A stretch of 64,000 nt of DNA. Source: a bacterium. Lineage in GTDB: Bacteria; Electryoneota; JAOADG01. Numbering within the stretch: the stretch's first letter is position 1; the number at the start of each line of letters is the position of its first letter. Positions 21,017 to 31,300 of this stretch are shown here, piece by piece. The translations under genes were made by a program, and so were the position numbers. Location: assembly GCA_963681965.1 (NCBI GenBank), contig OY820579.1:512001-576000 (forward strand). Reading direction: 5' to 3'. The notes beneath the pieces are model-generated. The model did no database searches. It was not told the origin of the DNA and was given only the letters and a program-made list of their open reading frames with translations.

Positions 21017-21847
21017 TTAGGAATGATGTTCCAGCCACTCGCTCCACGACCCGATATACAGTTTCGGTTGGGGAAATCCTGCCAGCATCATCGCGATTAC
21101 ATTGCCGGTCGCAGTGACACCCGATCCGCAATAACAAATCACTTTCGAATACTTGTCGATCCCCAGTTGTTCGAACCGGTAGCGTATGTCTTCCGGTTCC
21201 TTGAAGACCGGTGCCGTCGCGTCGCGCAGATTCTCCTGAAAGAATGCATTGATCGCTCCGGGAATATGACCACCTCGTTTGTCGATGGTCTCATTGTCGC
21301 CATTAAAGCGATCCGGAGCACGGGCATCGATCAAGATCGAACCGTGATCGATTGCCTGATCGACATCTTTCATGGTCGCTAGATAAGTGGTATTCAATTT
21401 CGGTGTCAACGCTTTCGGAAGCTGTCTGATCGATTTTGCCGGACCGGATTCGATCGATCGTTCCTCTTTCACCCATTTGCTGATACCGCCATCTAAAATT
21501 ATGACTGATGGTCCGCCAATCCATTGTAACATCCACCAGAAACGACCGGCGAGCGCACTCCCTTTGTCGTCGTAAGCAACGATCAGCGAATCGCGATCGA
21601 TTCCGACGCGTCGCAATATTTCGACAAAAATTTCTGGTGTTGGAAGCGGGTGTCGTCCGACGGAAGGATTCTTTGGTCCGGATAAATCGGTATCCAGATT
21701 CAAAAATCGTGCGCCGGGCAGATGCGCTTTCTCAAACGATTTTTCGGCGCCGTCAGGTGCACTGGCATCCCAGCGAACATCGATCAAAACCAACTTCGGA
21801 TCGGTAAGATGATTGGCTAACCATTCGGTATTGACGAGGATAGACAT
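21017..21847 (-). CDS. sseA: Thiosulfate/3-mercaptopyruvate sulfurtransferase (tandem rhodanese)
   Basis: HLPGA.F, GRHPLP, LDGG..KW, IDARA..RF.G, GHIPGA, YCGSGVTA, LY.GSWSEW. Confidence 0.9.
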   Translation of the reverse strand: MSILVNTEWLANHLTDPKLVLIDVRWDASAPDGAEKSFEKAHLPGARFLNLDTDLSGPKNPSVGRHPLPTPEIFVEILRRVGIDRDSLIVAYDDKGSALAGRFWWMLQWIGGPSVIILDGGISKWVKEERSIESGPAKSIRQLPKALTPKLNTTYLATMKDVDQAIDHGSILIDARAPDRFNGDNETIDKRGGHIPGAINAFFQENLRDATAPVFKEPEDIRYRFEQLGIDKYSKVICYCGSGVTATGNVIAMMLAGFPQPKLYIGSWSEWLEHHS

Positions 21848-21974
21848 TTCTTTACCCTTACGATTGAGTTGTTAGATGTGTGAAGATCTCTTGTGTCGCA
21901 TTCATTCACAATATAGCTTACATTCATAATCGATCGCTATGCTTTTCGAAACATGTCAGCAAATCGGACGAAAC

Positions 21975-22742
21975 ATGACTGCAAACGAAAATTTATCTCA
22001 CGATACCGACCGAATTATTCGCGAGAAAAAATTTCATAACGAAGCTTTTTCCGACAAACGACGCGAAAGCGTTAACCGATTTTATTCTGCATGTTCAGCA
22101 TATTATCGGGATTTTGAGAATGAATTGCATCAATTTGCAAACGGACGTAAGGTGTTAGAGTATGGCTGTGGTACCGGTACGCACGCATTCGATCTCGCCA
22201 GTTGGGGTAGTCATGTAACCGGTATCGATATTTCCGAAGAGGCAATCCGACAATCGATCGAACAGGCAAAACAAAGCGGAATTTCCGATCGCACCGAATT
22301 TTATTGTATGAATGCTGAAGCAATGACGTTCCCGGATGCAACTTTCGATCTGATTTGCGGGAGCGCAATCTTACATCATCTCAATCTGCCGGAAGCGTTG
22401 CGAGAAATTAATCGCGTATTGAAGCCCGGGGGAATTGCAATCTTTGGCGAACCGCTCGGTCACAATCCCATTATTAATCTGTTTCGTAAACTTACCCCGA
22501 AGCTTCGTACATCCGATGAGCACCCGTTGTTGATCACCGACATTAAGCTAATGAGCGACTTCTTTTATCGAGTCGATGTCAAATGGTATAGCTTGACGAC
22601 ACCTTATATTGCCGTATTGCCGGCTAGTTTAATGAAACGGATTCTTCCGGCGTTTGAAAGTGTCGATCGGGCGATATTTCACATCAAATCAATTCAAAAA
22701 TACGCTTGGTTATGTCTGATACGATTGCAAAAAAAGGAATAG
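21975..22742 (+). CDS. Class I SAM-dependent methyltransferase
   Basis: VLEYGCGTG, GIDIS, AILHHL, RVLKPGG; alternative start at 21939. Confidence 0.9.
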   Translation: MTANENLSHDTDRIIREKKFHNEAFSDKRRESVNRFYSACSAYYRDFENELHQFANGRKVLEYGCGTGTHAFDLASWGSHVTGIDISEEAIRQSIEQAKQSGISDRTEFYCMNAEAMTFPDATFDLICGSAILHHLNLPEALREINRVLKPGGIAIFGEPLGHNPIINLFRKLTPKLRTSDEHPLLITDIKLMSDFFYRVDVKWYSLTTPYIAVLPASLMKRILPAFESVDRAIFHIKSIQKYAWLCLIRLQKKE

Positions 22743-22914
22743 TATTTTCTTTTTTCTTACCATCACAAATTGTGCATATCGCCAGCGCTCACTTGGTCGG
22801 ATGACCTGATATTCAGAGTCGTAATGCCGGTAGGCGTACTTTCTCCGTACAGAGTATTCGCTCGTTAGAATCAAGTTGCATTAATGATAAAGCGGAGATC
22901 GCTTGATTTGCCGA

Positions 22915-22957
22915 AACAGAACAACCCCGAACAATAATGTCCGGGGTTGTTTTGTTG
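22915..22957. terminator. Terminator hairpin between convergent genes
   Basis: AACAACCCCG...CGGGGTTGTT inverted repeat. Confidence 0.65.
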
Positions 22958-22991
22958 AATCAGCGACTAGTTCAATTTCAAGATTCAATGA

Positions 22992-24539
22992 TTACTTTGT
23001 TAGTGTCATTTTCTTGGTCGAGGTGAAGCCCGGTGTCTGCAACGTATAGAAATAGTTTCCAGCCGGAAGGTTCGACGCGTCGAATTGGACGTTGTGACGC
23101 CCTTGCGATTGATTGCGATCCACCAACACCGCGATCGTTTGTCCTAATACGTTCTGAACTGTTAGCTTTACTGCCCCTTCGGTACCGACACTGTAGAATA
23201 TATCGGTAGTCGGGTTGAACGGATTCGGATAATTCTGAGCCAAACCATAGCGACCGATGATTGCGACATTATGCTGGGTCTGAGTTGGTGTTGCGTTCAC
23301 GATATTCGTATGAACAGCTTCGCGTCCGTCGAGATCGATATCGGAAATGCGGTAATAATACGTAGTTCCATTGGTGACGCGGGAATCCCGGAAACGGTAA
23401 TTATGTGCCACTGGGCTGTTCAATGCACCGGGAACTGCGGTGATCTGTTCGCCGATTTCGCCAATAACTGTTGAGCGGTAAATGCGGAAACTGGCGTTGT
23501 TTGTTTCCGACTCCGTATGCCATGCGAGATCGACATAACCTTCCCCGGCATTGGCAGTGAACGATGTCATTTCAACCGGCAAGAGACCGTCGGTAATCAT
23601 ATCCGACGAGGCGTACGCCAGTGAGTTACCGACCCCATTGAATGCCCATACCCGGAACCAATAATGTGTACTCGGTGTCAAACCGGTTACATCGAGATAC
23701 AGCTCGTCAACACTGGCATCGCCCCAAGGTGAGAAACTGGAACCATCGGTCGAAATAAAGACATGGAAACCGGTTTCGTTGTTGGCGTTATCGGTCCAAC
23801 CGAAGCGCATACCGGAAATAGTAACATTTGTGATCGTACCAGCGGTCGGCGATTCCGGCAGCGTGTCGAGCGTTGTCTGGTTTGCGATATTGGTGTAGTT
23901 CGAGAACTGAGTTCCACCGGTATTGAATGCTCTAACTCGATACCAGTACTGAGTCACAGTATTCAATCCGGTAACGTCGAGAAAGTTGACATCATACGAT
24001 GTCGTACCAGCCAGTGAATTTGTTGTGGCAAAGTTATCAGTCGAAATATAAACTTCGAAGCCTTCTTCGTTGGCAGAATTATCTGTCCAGCTAACTTGTT
24101 GCGAAGTTGCTGCATTCAAAATTACTTGGCAGACCGACGGATCGGCTGGGGGAACGTCGATCGTGGTATTGCCCATCGCGACGTAACCGGGTGCCGAAGT
24201 AGTGCTGTTGCCACTGGCATTGTGCGAATAAACACGGAATGAATAGAACGTGTTTGGGTTTAGGCCTGTGACGGAATAATTATATGTAGTATTAATCGAA
24301 GCAACAGTGGTGGAAACAACCGAAGTTAAAAAACTATAACCTCCGCCCAACCCGGCGTCCCAATAGATATAGAACGAGGTTTCGTTGTTGGATTTATCGA
24401 CCCAGTGCAAATCCATTGAATTGGTCGTGACGTTATCGATCTGAGTAACACTGGCTCCGGGACGGATTGGTTGAGCAAACACTATGCTCGCCGCGGCAAT
24501 CAGTATGAATGCGAATACAGCTTTAAGCGAATTCTTCAT
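22992..24539 (-). CDS. Secreted fibronectin type III repeat protein with C-terminal sorting domain
   Basis: Three W.D.S.NE.GF...GL...T.Y..RV.A.N FN3 units, LPVEMTSF module, QNYPNPFNPTT tail; start ATG 24539 (MKNSLK) with RBS. Confidence 0.9.
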   Translation of the reverse strand: MKNSLKAVFAFILIAAASIVFAQPIRPGASVTQIDNVTTNSMDLHWVDKSNNETSFYIYWDAGLGGGYSFLTSVVSTTVASINTTYNYSVTGLNPNTFYSFRVYSHNASGNSTTSAPGYVAMGNTTIDVPPADPSVCQVILNAATSQQVSWTDNSANEEGFEVYISTDNFATTNSLAGTTSYDVNFLDVTGLNTVTQYWYRVRAFNTGGTQFSNYTNIANQTTLDTLPESPTAGTITNVTISGMRFGWTDNANNETGFHVFISTDGSSFSPWGDASVDELYLDVTGLTPSTHYWFRVWAFNGVGNSLAYASSDMITDGLLPVEMTSFTANAGEGYVDLAWHTESETNNASFRIYRSTVIGEIGEQITAVPGALNSPVAHNYRFRDSRVTNGTTYYYRISDIDLDGREAVHTNIVNATPTQTQHNVAIIGRYGLAQNYPNPFNPTTDIFYSVGTEGAVKLTVQNVLGQTIAVLVDRNQSQGRHNVQFDASNLPAGNYFYTLQTPGFTSTKKMTLTK

Positions 24540-25508
24540 TAATGGTCCTTTCCGAAAAGTTATTTCGATAACAGGCGCTATCGATTGATTGCGGCAATGA
24601 TTGTTCGTCATTGCAGCATTAATGTGATTTATAACAGACACTTAGCAGACTCTCGCCAATTACTATCAAGATCGCTACCGATTTTTTTATCCAACTCCGG
24701 TAAGTAGTACCCACCCGATAGCGCTAGTTATGGCGTTGAGTTATTGTCTTGCGACAGTAATCGATCAACATATTCTGATACGGTGATAGATTTAATATAA
24801 TTGGGTTAATATACCGTCTGATTGGTTTGATGAATGTGTGAAATAGGCTATGTAATGCACTAAATAATGGTTGTTTATATTTGGCGTGTCGAAAAATAAA
24901 TACAATAACCCGGGTAAATATTATTGAAGTGAATTGTAAAATAGGGTATTATAATTGAATTCTATATCGATATACTCAACACTGGCGGCAAATGCGCAAT
25001 AGTTAACACTGAATTATATAAATGAGCGATCAACTGTGCATAAAACTGTGATGATTATAAGAGGTATTTTGCGAGAAATTCGAACAAATTATTTATAATA
25101 CTCCCCGAGATCTTGCAGATTCGCCGGATTGGTCTACGAAGGAAAGCCCTTCAAGAAGAATACATATTTTCTTGAATGTAAATATATATTGTGGGGTGGA
25201 ATGTTGCGGTTTATTATCTGAAATAATTCTAGAAGTGGATGATAAAGATTGAATTATCGCTATAGATTATGTAATAGCGTTCTATGTGTTCACGAGACAT
25301 AGTTCAATAATGCACATAGGGTATATTGTAGAGAGGCTTCGTGGTGTTGCACTGCGCAAAGTTCCCACGATCAATTTTTGATAGACACAACCAGAAAAAA
25401 GATTTTACGACTTCGTAAAGGGTCGATATTCCTGTTTTCGGACAGCGTGAACAATCAGAAGCGAATTCTGGAGAAGAAATCGAGAGTTGTTGTTCTAGAA
25501 ACGAAGAT

Positions 25509-26204
25509 TTACGGTTTATTGAACGCTTTTCGCACCATCACAAATTGCGCAATATCGCTATCCAGTGCGAGCGTCGTCTGTTCGCATTCCACAACCAGTG
25601 TCGGGAGTGTTTGGCGGACCGTCAATTTACTGCCATGCGTCAGACCCAATCGGATTAATTTTTCTGCCGCATCTTCATCCAAGATTGTGTGAACGCTATA
25701 GGTTTCGCCGCGTTTGGCACGAGTGAGCGGCACCCACAGCGGAATCGCTTTCTCGTCTTTGCGGGCGCAACACTGCCCCGGTGGAATCGGGTGTCCGTGC
25801 GGGCAACGCGTCGGGTGACCGAGCAGTGTACAAATCGAATCGGCAACATCGTCGACCAGTGAATGATCGAGTTGACACGCTGGTCCTTCGGTCTTCTCCA
25901 CCTGATCGAGTGATAGTCCCAGAATATCGACCAACAGCCGTTCCGCCAGCCGATGCCGGCGAATTAACCGTTTGTACTCGTGTTCACCGTCGGGTAGCCA
26001 GATGACGCGCGATTGACCGTCTACCGATTTCACTTCGATCGATTCCAATACCGTTAAATTGTTTAGATCGGTCTCGGTAAAATTTCGATTCAACAATTCC
26101 GGAATGGTATTGTGACCTTCTTCGATACACAGACCCAGCCGTTCGTAGAGGTGGATCGTTTCGTCCTTCAGTTCCATTCCACGCACAGTTTCGATGATAC
26201 TCAC
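25509..26204 (-). CDS. DtxR/MntR-family metal-dependent regulator with C-terminal FeoA domain
   Basis: RRHRLAERLL..ILG, AC.L(D)H, LGHPTRCPHGHPIP; FeoA-like L..LGL..G..L.V C-terminus. Confidence 0.85.
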   Translation of the reverse strand: MSIIETVRGMELKDETIHLYERLGLCIEEGHNTIPELLNRNFTETDLNNLTVLESIEVKSVDGQSRVIWLPDGEHEYKRLIRRHRLAERLLVDILGLSLDQVEKTEGPACQLDHSLVDDVADSICTLLGHPTRCPHGHPIPPGQCCARKDEKAIPLWVPLTRAKRGETYSVHTILDEDAAEKLIRLGLTHGSKLTVRQTLPTLVVECEQTTLALDSDIAQFVMVRKAFNKP

Positions 26205-26228
26205 GATTCGCTCCTTGTTCGCTACCGG

Positions 26229-28313
26229 TTATTTGGGAAATACTTCGAGGGCACGCAGAATGATATTCAGAACCGCGCCGACTGCGACAGCATATACCGA
26301 TACAAAACTCGCCATCAGAATTCCGGTCTTGATGCCCTGCTCTTTCAGAATCGCGAAGAAACTCGCCAGACACGGGACAAACAACACCATCACGGTTAGC
26401 GCTACGGTGATTTGCGTGTGATCGAGCAATCCGTTGCGCTCCAGCATAAACAATCCCGCGGCGCCGTAATCGCGGCGAAGAAATCCAAGCAGAAATGCGC
26501 GCGCCGACTCTTGCGGTAACGATAGCAATCCGGTCATAATCGGTTTCGTCGCGGTCTCGATGATTTTAAGCAAACCAATCCTGTCGACGATAAATAGTAG
26601 CGCGGTGCCGATCAGGAACAGTGGTACCGCTTCCACCAAAAACCACTTTACGCGGAACCCGGTTTTGATGAATAGATTGCGCAGGATCGGTGTTCGGATC
26701 GGAGGAATTTCCATCAAAAAGCTCGACACTTTTCCCGGCAGGATTCGGTTTGCGGTCCAGCCGACGATCACGAGTTGTGTCAATACGGTGATGCCGACAA
26801 TGATTAAAATCAGTGGATTCAGCGCGGAACTCATGCCAAGGATCACACCGAGTTGCGCCGAACAGGGAACGCCAAGCGCCAACAGCATGATCGCGATCAT
26901 CCGTTCTTTCCGCGTCTCCAGAGTTCGGGCAGTGAAGGTCGCCATGGTGTCGCAACCGAGACCCAGCACCATCGGCAACACGGCACGTCCATTCAATCCG
27001 ATTCGCTTGAATAACCGGTTGGAGAGGATCGTTAGCCGGGGTAGATAACCGCTATCTTCGAGAATTCCGAAGGCGAGAAAGAAAAAGAAAATGACCGGAA
27101 GAACGATTGCGATCGCATAGGTCAAACCAACTGTAATCAAGCCATATCGCCCGACCAGCAGATCGACGAAAAATGCCGGTATCGCACCGTAGGCACGCAG
27201 CGGTGCGAGCAGATCGATGATAAAAGGATTGAGCAGACCGGAGCGAACGCCGCTATCCGGATCGATCCCGCCGAACAGACTGTGCTCGATCCAATTGACG
27301 AGTGTTCCCGCAGCGAAGACTCCCACCAATTCGTACATCCCGAACAATACCAGCAGCAGGAACGGTACGCCCCACAACGGATGCATCATCCAGTTGCCGA
27401 GTCGCTCGCGCCAGACGGGAACGACGCGATTCGGTGTCTGGATGAAACTGCCGAATTGCTCCTCCATATTCTGTTTGCGGGTCTTCGAGAGCAGGAATGG
27501 CAGTGGTTCGTAAAATCGTTCTTTCACTTTTGCGATATTGGCGCGGATCGTCTCCTCCAAGCCGGGTTCGATCGGTACGCCGTGATGATACGCAGTTAAA
27601 ATAGACTTGTCGCCGGATAGTAGCGAATAAGCCGCGCCGAGTGGCGACGATCCATTTTGCGGTAAGGTGTTGGCGATAATTTTTGCAGCTTCTTCGATCA
27701 AGGGATGAAATTCCGGGCGCAGTTTCGGAACCGTGAATTTCGTCATCGCTTGCTTTAGTTCGGAGATACCGATCCGCATGGTCGCTACCGTAGGAATGAC
27801 CGGGACGCCGAGTGCTTTGGCGATCCCTTTGGCGTCGATCGTGATTTGTCGTTCCTGCGCTTCGTCCCATAAGTTCAACACGATCAATAACGGTACTTCA
27901 TACTCGATCAATTGGTGAGTCAGCATCAATCCGCGCAGCAAATTTTTGGCATCGATCACTTGCACCACGCCGTCCGGACGGCGATCGAGCAGAATATCGC
28001 GTGTTACCCGCTCGTCCTCGCTACGTGGCTGGAGGCTGTTGACGCCAGGGGTATCGATCAGCTCAAACTCACGGCTGCCGACTTTCATCCGACCGAATGT
28101 TACTTCAACCGATGTGCCGGGGTAGTTTGACACGGTCACATATTTCCCGGTGAGCAGCCCGAACAGAACGCTCTTTCCGACATTGGGGTTGCCGAGCAAC
28201 AGGATGCGCGGCAGTTGGGTCGAAGGGAGTGGTCCGGTAACCGCTTCGGAACGGTTTCCGGGGCGTGTTGTCGGTAGTGCGACGGGCATTTTCATGGCGG
28301 AGTGGTCGTGCAT
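26229..28313 (-). CDS. feoB: Ferrous iron transporter B
   Basis: GNPNVGKS, VSNYPGTSV, DTPG, LEDSGYLPR, GLGC, PCSAQL, LFVPC. Start uncertain (28313 chosen). Confidence 0.95.
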   Translation of the reverse strand: MHDHSAMKMPVALPTTRPGNRSEAVTGPLPSTQLPRILLLGNPNVGKSVLFGLLTGKYVTVSNYPGTSVEVTFGRMKVGSREFELIDTPGVNSLQPRSEDERVTRDILLDRRPDGVVQVIDAKNLLRGLMLTHQLIEYEVPLLIVLNLWDEAQERQITIDAKGIAKALGVPVIPTVATMRIGISELKQAMTKFTVPKLRPEFHPLIEEAAKIIANTLPQNGSSPLGAAYSLLSGDKSILTAYHHGVPIEPGLEETIRANIAKVKERFYEPLPFLLSKTRKQNMEEQFGSFIQTPNRVVPVWRERLGNWMMHPLWGVPFLLLVLFGMYELVGVFAAGTLVNWIEHSLFGGIDPDSGVRSGLLNPFIIDLLAPLRAYGAIPAFFVDLLVGRYGLITVGLTYAIAIVLPVIFFFFLAFGILEDSGYLPRLTILSNRLFKRIGLNGRAVLPMVLGLGCDTMATFTARTLETRKERMIAIMLLALGVPCSAQLGVILGMSSALNPLILIIVGITVLTQLVIVGWTANRILPGKVSSFLMEIPPIRTPILRNLFIKTGFRVKWFLVEAVPLFLIGTALLFIVDRIGLLKIIETATKPIMTGLLSLPQESARAFLLGFLRRDYGAAGLFMLERNGLLDHTQITVALTVMVLFVPCLASFFAILKEQGIKTGILMASFVSVYAVAVGAVLNIILRALEVFPK

Positions 28314-28324
28314 AGTACCTCTAT

Positions 28325-28345
28325 TATTGCGACATAGTCGCAATA
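28325..28345. promoter_or_regulatory. Perfect inverted repeat, candidate metalloregulator operator for feoB
   Basis: TATTGCGAC-ATA-GTCGCAATA, about 11 bp upstream of the feoB start. Confidence 0.6.
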
Positions 28346-28797
28346 TAATACGACTCAGTTAAGGGATTTGCAAGATGAGGGGATTCCGGGGCAAGTGTTG
28401 AAAAATTTGGGTGAAGAAGGGGTTATCTTGACGCTACTTATTCACATTATAAAGATTTATAACAGGGTTGCTACGAACAGGTCAAAAAGTCTACTATCTT
28501 CCAGTATGTCTCTTTTTTTATCGGATCATATCGCGGCTGATTTATTTTGACTTGAACGCTTGAACCCGTTTTGTTTTTGATTTATTCTGCAATTGAACAA
28601 ATCTTGAAGATTGTACCGATATTTGAAAACGAATATTGGTATTTGTTTCTCCGTCATCTATTATTTACAGCTAGATACTTACTCATCTTTTCAAAAATCA
28701 ACACAAATCATCTGGGAAGCTGCAAATACTCCCCTCTCTCCGCTCCTAGAGTAACTTTCAGAAAATCATCGGGAAACGAATCAAATAAATATTTTCC

Positions 28798-28833
28798 TTG
28801 ACTTTCGCCTAAAAATGTATTATATTATATACA
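28798..28833 (+). promoter_or_regulatory. Sigma70-like promoter of the capsid island with overlapping inverted repeat
   Basis: TTGACT-17 bp-TATATT; TGTAT-N8-ATACA spans the -10 box. Confidence 0.55.
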
Positions 28834-28881
28834 GTAACAAGGCGATCCAGTCCTTTTTACCGTGCAACTTTCGAGGCGATC

Positions 28882-29217
28882 ATGTTCCCTAACACCCTCA
28901 ATACCCACTGCAAAGTCAGCCGTAAGTTTCATCTCCCGCTCCCGACTTTGCCGGATCACCTGAAGCATATGCTGCCGGTCGCAACCACCCCCTGCCGGAT
29001 TCCACTCGACGACTGGCAGGTCTGCCATGCCGATGCCTGCTACCTGAATGCGCGGTGTCCCGCCTACGCTGGAACGGCTCCACAGTTCGAACCCAAGCTG
29101 CCGCTATTGGACTCGAATACCGGTCGCCACCAACGCCGACCTCACTGTTCCGGCTTCCACCTCGTTCCGGAGTGGGAACTTGAAGCCGAAACCGATGACG
29201 AATTCACCACCCGATAA
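28882..29217 (+). CDS. Hypothetical Cys/His/Pro-rich protein, first gene of the capsid island
   Basis: GAGG RBS; follows the promoter; C-x9-C-x4-C-x5-C cluster; no recognised family. Confidence 0.45.
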   Translation: MFPNTLNTHCKVSRKFHLPLPTLPDHLKHMLPVATTPCRIPLDDWQVCHADACYLNARCPAYAGTAPQFEPKLPLLDSNTGRHQRRPHCSGFHLVPEWELEAETDDEFTTR

Positions 29218-29261
29218 CGCAAGCCACTCCACCCAATTCGACCTCAGCAAAGGAATGTACA

Positions 29262-29615
29262 ATGATGTCGACACCACAAACAATAATTGACGTTGATCAA
29301 TTGCTTACTATCGCCGCTCCACCGATACCGGTTGAACCACCCGTTCCAACCGTATCGCCGGAGCAACACAATCTCTCCACTGAACCGACCCTCCTCCAGC
29401 GGTTGCGCGATGAGCTGGTCGCCAAAGCCCGTCTGATCGGTTGGTCCGACAGCGAACTGGTGCGACTTTCCCGCTGCGAATCCGAAGCCGATCTGTTCGC
29501 CGACCGCGAACGTATCGGACGCGAACTGTCGCTTCGCTTCGCAGTCCCGCCGCTCTATTCGTCGCAACCGCTGGCTTCGCCCGCCGGCATCCTCGATGTC
29601 CGGCATTACCGCTAA
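29262..29615 (+). CDS. Hypothetical protein, possible stand-alone capsid scaffold
   Basis: AAAGGA RBS; Pro-rich N-terminus then helical LQRLRDELVAKARL...; immediately upstream of the decoration and MCP genes. Confidence 0.55.
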   Translation: MMSTPQTIIDVDQLLTIAAPPIPVEPPVPTVSPEQHNLSTEPTLLQRLRDELVAKARLIGWSDSELVRLSRCESEADLFADRERIGRELSLRFAVPPLYSSQPLASPAGILDVRHYR

Positions 29616-29693
29616 TTCACTTCGGGAATGTTTTCTTCGCCTAATCAACAAAGGTTCCCAATCCCCACCTAATCAGCCGGAAAGGAAAAATTC

Positions 29694-30131
29694 ATGGCTA
29701 CCAGTTTCCCCTTCGATAATGAAAACATCGGCGCCGGTCCGTTTCTCACGATGAAAATCGACACCGCTACCGGTCAGCAATTCACCCAGACCGATCTCGA
29801 CAACAATACCGTCGCTTGTGTCGTGTCCGATAACAACACCGTTGCCAAAGGCACAGCCGGCGATCGCGTACTCGGCAAAGTGATCTGGGTGAGTGAAGAA
29901 CTCTCCGCCGGAACCACCATTCCGGTACTCTGCAGCGTGCAGGCGCGGGGTGTCGCACGGTTTGTCTACACCAGTCCGATACCCGAAGTCGGTAACATGG
30001 TCGAAACCGACGGTTGCGGAAAAGTCCGACAGGCATCCATCGCGACTGTTCCTGCCGGTGGTTTGAAACACAACGGCTACGTCATCTCTGTCAACACGTC
30101 CAACAATACTTGCGACGTCTGGCTCGGATAA
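29694..30131 (+). CDS. Putative capsid decoration/cement protein
   Basis: 145 aa, beta-rich, with V.KG..GD.V.G.V, V..RG, G..V..DG.G.V pattern; strong RBS; directly before the MCP, the usual decoration-gene position. Confidence 0.65.
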   Translation: MATSFPFDNENIGAGPFLTMKIDTATGQQFTQTDLDNNTVACVVSDNNTVAKGTAGDRVLGKVIWVSEELSAGTTIPVLCSVQARGVARFVYTSPIPEVGNMVETDGCGKVRQASIATVPAGGLKHNGYVISVNTSNNTCDVWLG

Positions 30132-30184
30132 TTCCAAACTCCCTTACCGAAAATCCCTATAAAATCCCTATTCAGGAGAATACA

Positions 30185-31258
30185 ATGATTGATCTATCGC
30201 GCGCCGAAGCGCTCAAACCTACCATTCGCGATGCCTCGCGTTCCGGTAACCTCGCTTTGTATCACGAAGCTCAAACCCGCGGCATCACACTCACCGAATT
30301 GCTCGAAGAATACGACCCGTCGCCCCGTACGCCAGACGGTCGGATCGATAGCCAGTTGGATGCATTCGAGCGTCAACTTGCCGTACACGATATCCGTATC
30401 GGCGGGCGCAATGCCGCCTCCGTTGAACAATTCCTGATGTCCGATGCCGTCATGCTCGCCCCCGAATTCATTCTCCGTGAAATTCGCCACGGCATGACGC
30501 TGATCGTAGACCCGAGTGATTTGGTCGCCGTACAGGTTCCGGAAAAAGGACCGTCGGTGAAGCCCGCCTATTTCAAGACCGAACAAGTGAAGAAAACCGT
30601 CGCACGGCATGGTGAAGCGGCTGGCTTCCCGACTGTGACAGTCAATTACCGCGAGAAGGATGCGCAGATGATCGATCGCGGTCGTCAATTCGACTTCCCC
30701 TATCGCGTGATCCGGCATCAACGTTTAACTGAATTCCGGGCACTGTTGTGGGCGATCGGTTCGCAGATGGCAGCCGATGAATTGAATGAGATCTACAATG
30801 TGCTGCGCAATGGCGACGGCACGTCGCCCGCGCCAGCCAACGTGTTCAATGGCTCTGCCGGAACGCTCGATTACAAAGATCTCGTCCATCTGGTGTTGGA
30901 ATTCAGTGCACCGGCTCGGATGACACACCTGTTGCTGGGTCGCAGCGATCTCGAAAAAATCCTCAATATGTCGCAATTCGAAGATCCGTCGATTTGGCAC
31001 AGCCATGAAATGATCGCCCGAACCGGAAACTACTCGGCAATGCAACCGCTCCACGGCAAATTGATCAAGATCGATGGCGCGACTGCGACGGAATTGATTG
31101 CGATCGATAGCCGATTCGCTTTGCGGGAATCGATCTCGCAAGCGTTAATGGTCGAAGCCGAAAAAGTGATTTCGGCGAAGCTCGAAACGGCGGTAGTATC
31201 GAAGGAATCAGTTTACACCGTTATGCTTGACGATGCGGTGAAGCTCTGCAACTACTAA
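30185..31258 (+). CDS. Phage-like major capsid protein (HK97 fold)
   Basis: ATG 30185 with AGGAG RBS, 357 aa; LTELLEE.DPS...LDAFERQL...DIRI.G, L.PEFI.R.IR.GM, GE...FP, GR...F.Y..IR.QRL, NGDG, D.RFAL, E.EK.I...LE. This pattern recalls MCPs of Firmicutes prophage-like clusters (from memory). Confidence 0.85.
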   Translation: MIDLSRAEALKPTIRDASRSGNLALYHEAQTRGITLTELLEEYDPSPRTPDGRIDSQLDAFERQLAVHDIRIGGRNAASVEQFLMSDAVMLAPEFILREIRHGMTLIVDPSDLVAVQVPEKGPSVKPAYFKTEQVKKTVARHGEAAGFPTVTVNYREKDAQMIDRGRQFDFPYRVIRHQRLTEFRALLWAIGSQMAADELNEIYNVLRNGDGTSPAPANVFNGSAGTLDYKDLVHLVLEFSAPARMTHLLLGRSDLEKILNMSQFEDPSIWHSHEMIARTGNYSAMQPLHGKLIKIDGATATELIAIDSRFALRESISQALMVEAEKVISAKLETAVVSKESVYTVMLDDAVKLCNY

Positions 31259-31300
31259 ACCATTCAATCAGTCGGACAGGATGAATTCCTAGCGTGAGAA

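Noticed and set aside
30150-30171. Tandem AAAATCCCTAT duplication before the MCP RBS
   Set aside because: Only two copies of 11 bp, and no other copies noticed; insufficient to assign a function.
30185-31258. Encapsulin nanocompartment
   Set aside because: Terminase, portal, protease and adaptor genes nearby point to a DNA-packaging head rather than a protein-cargo shell.
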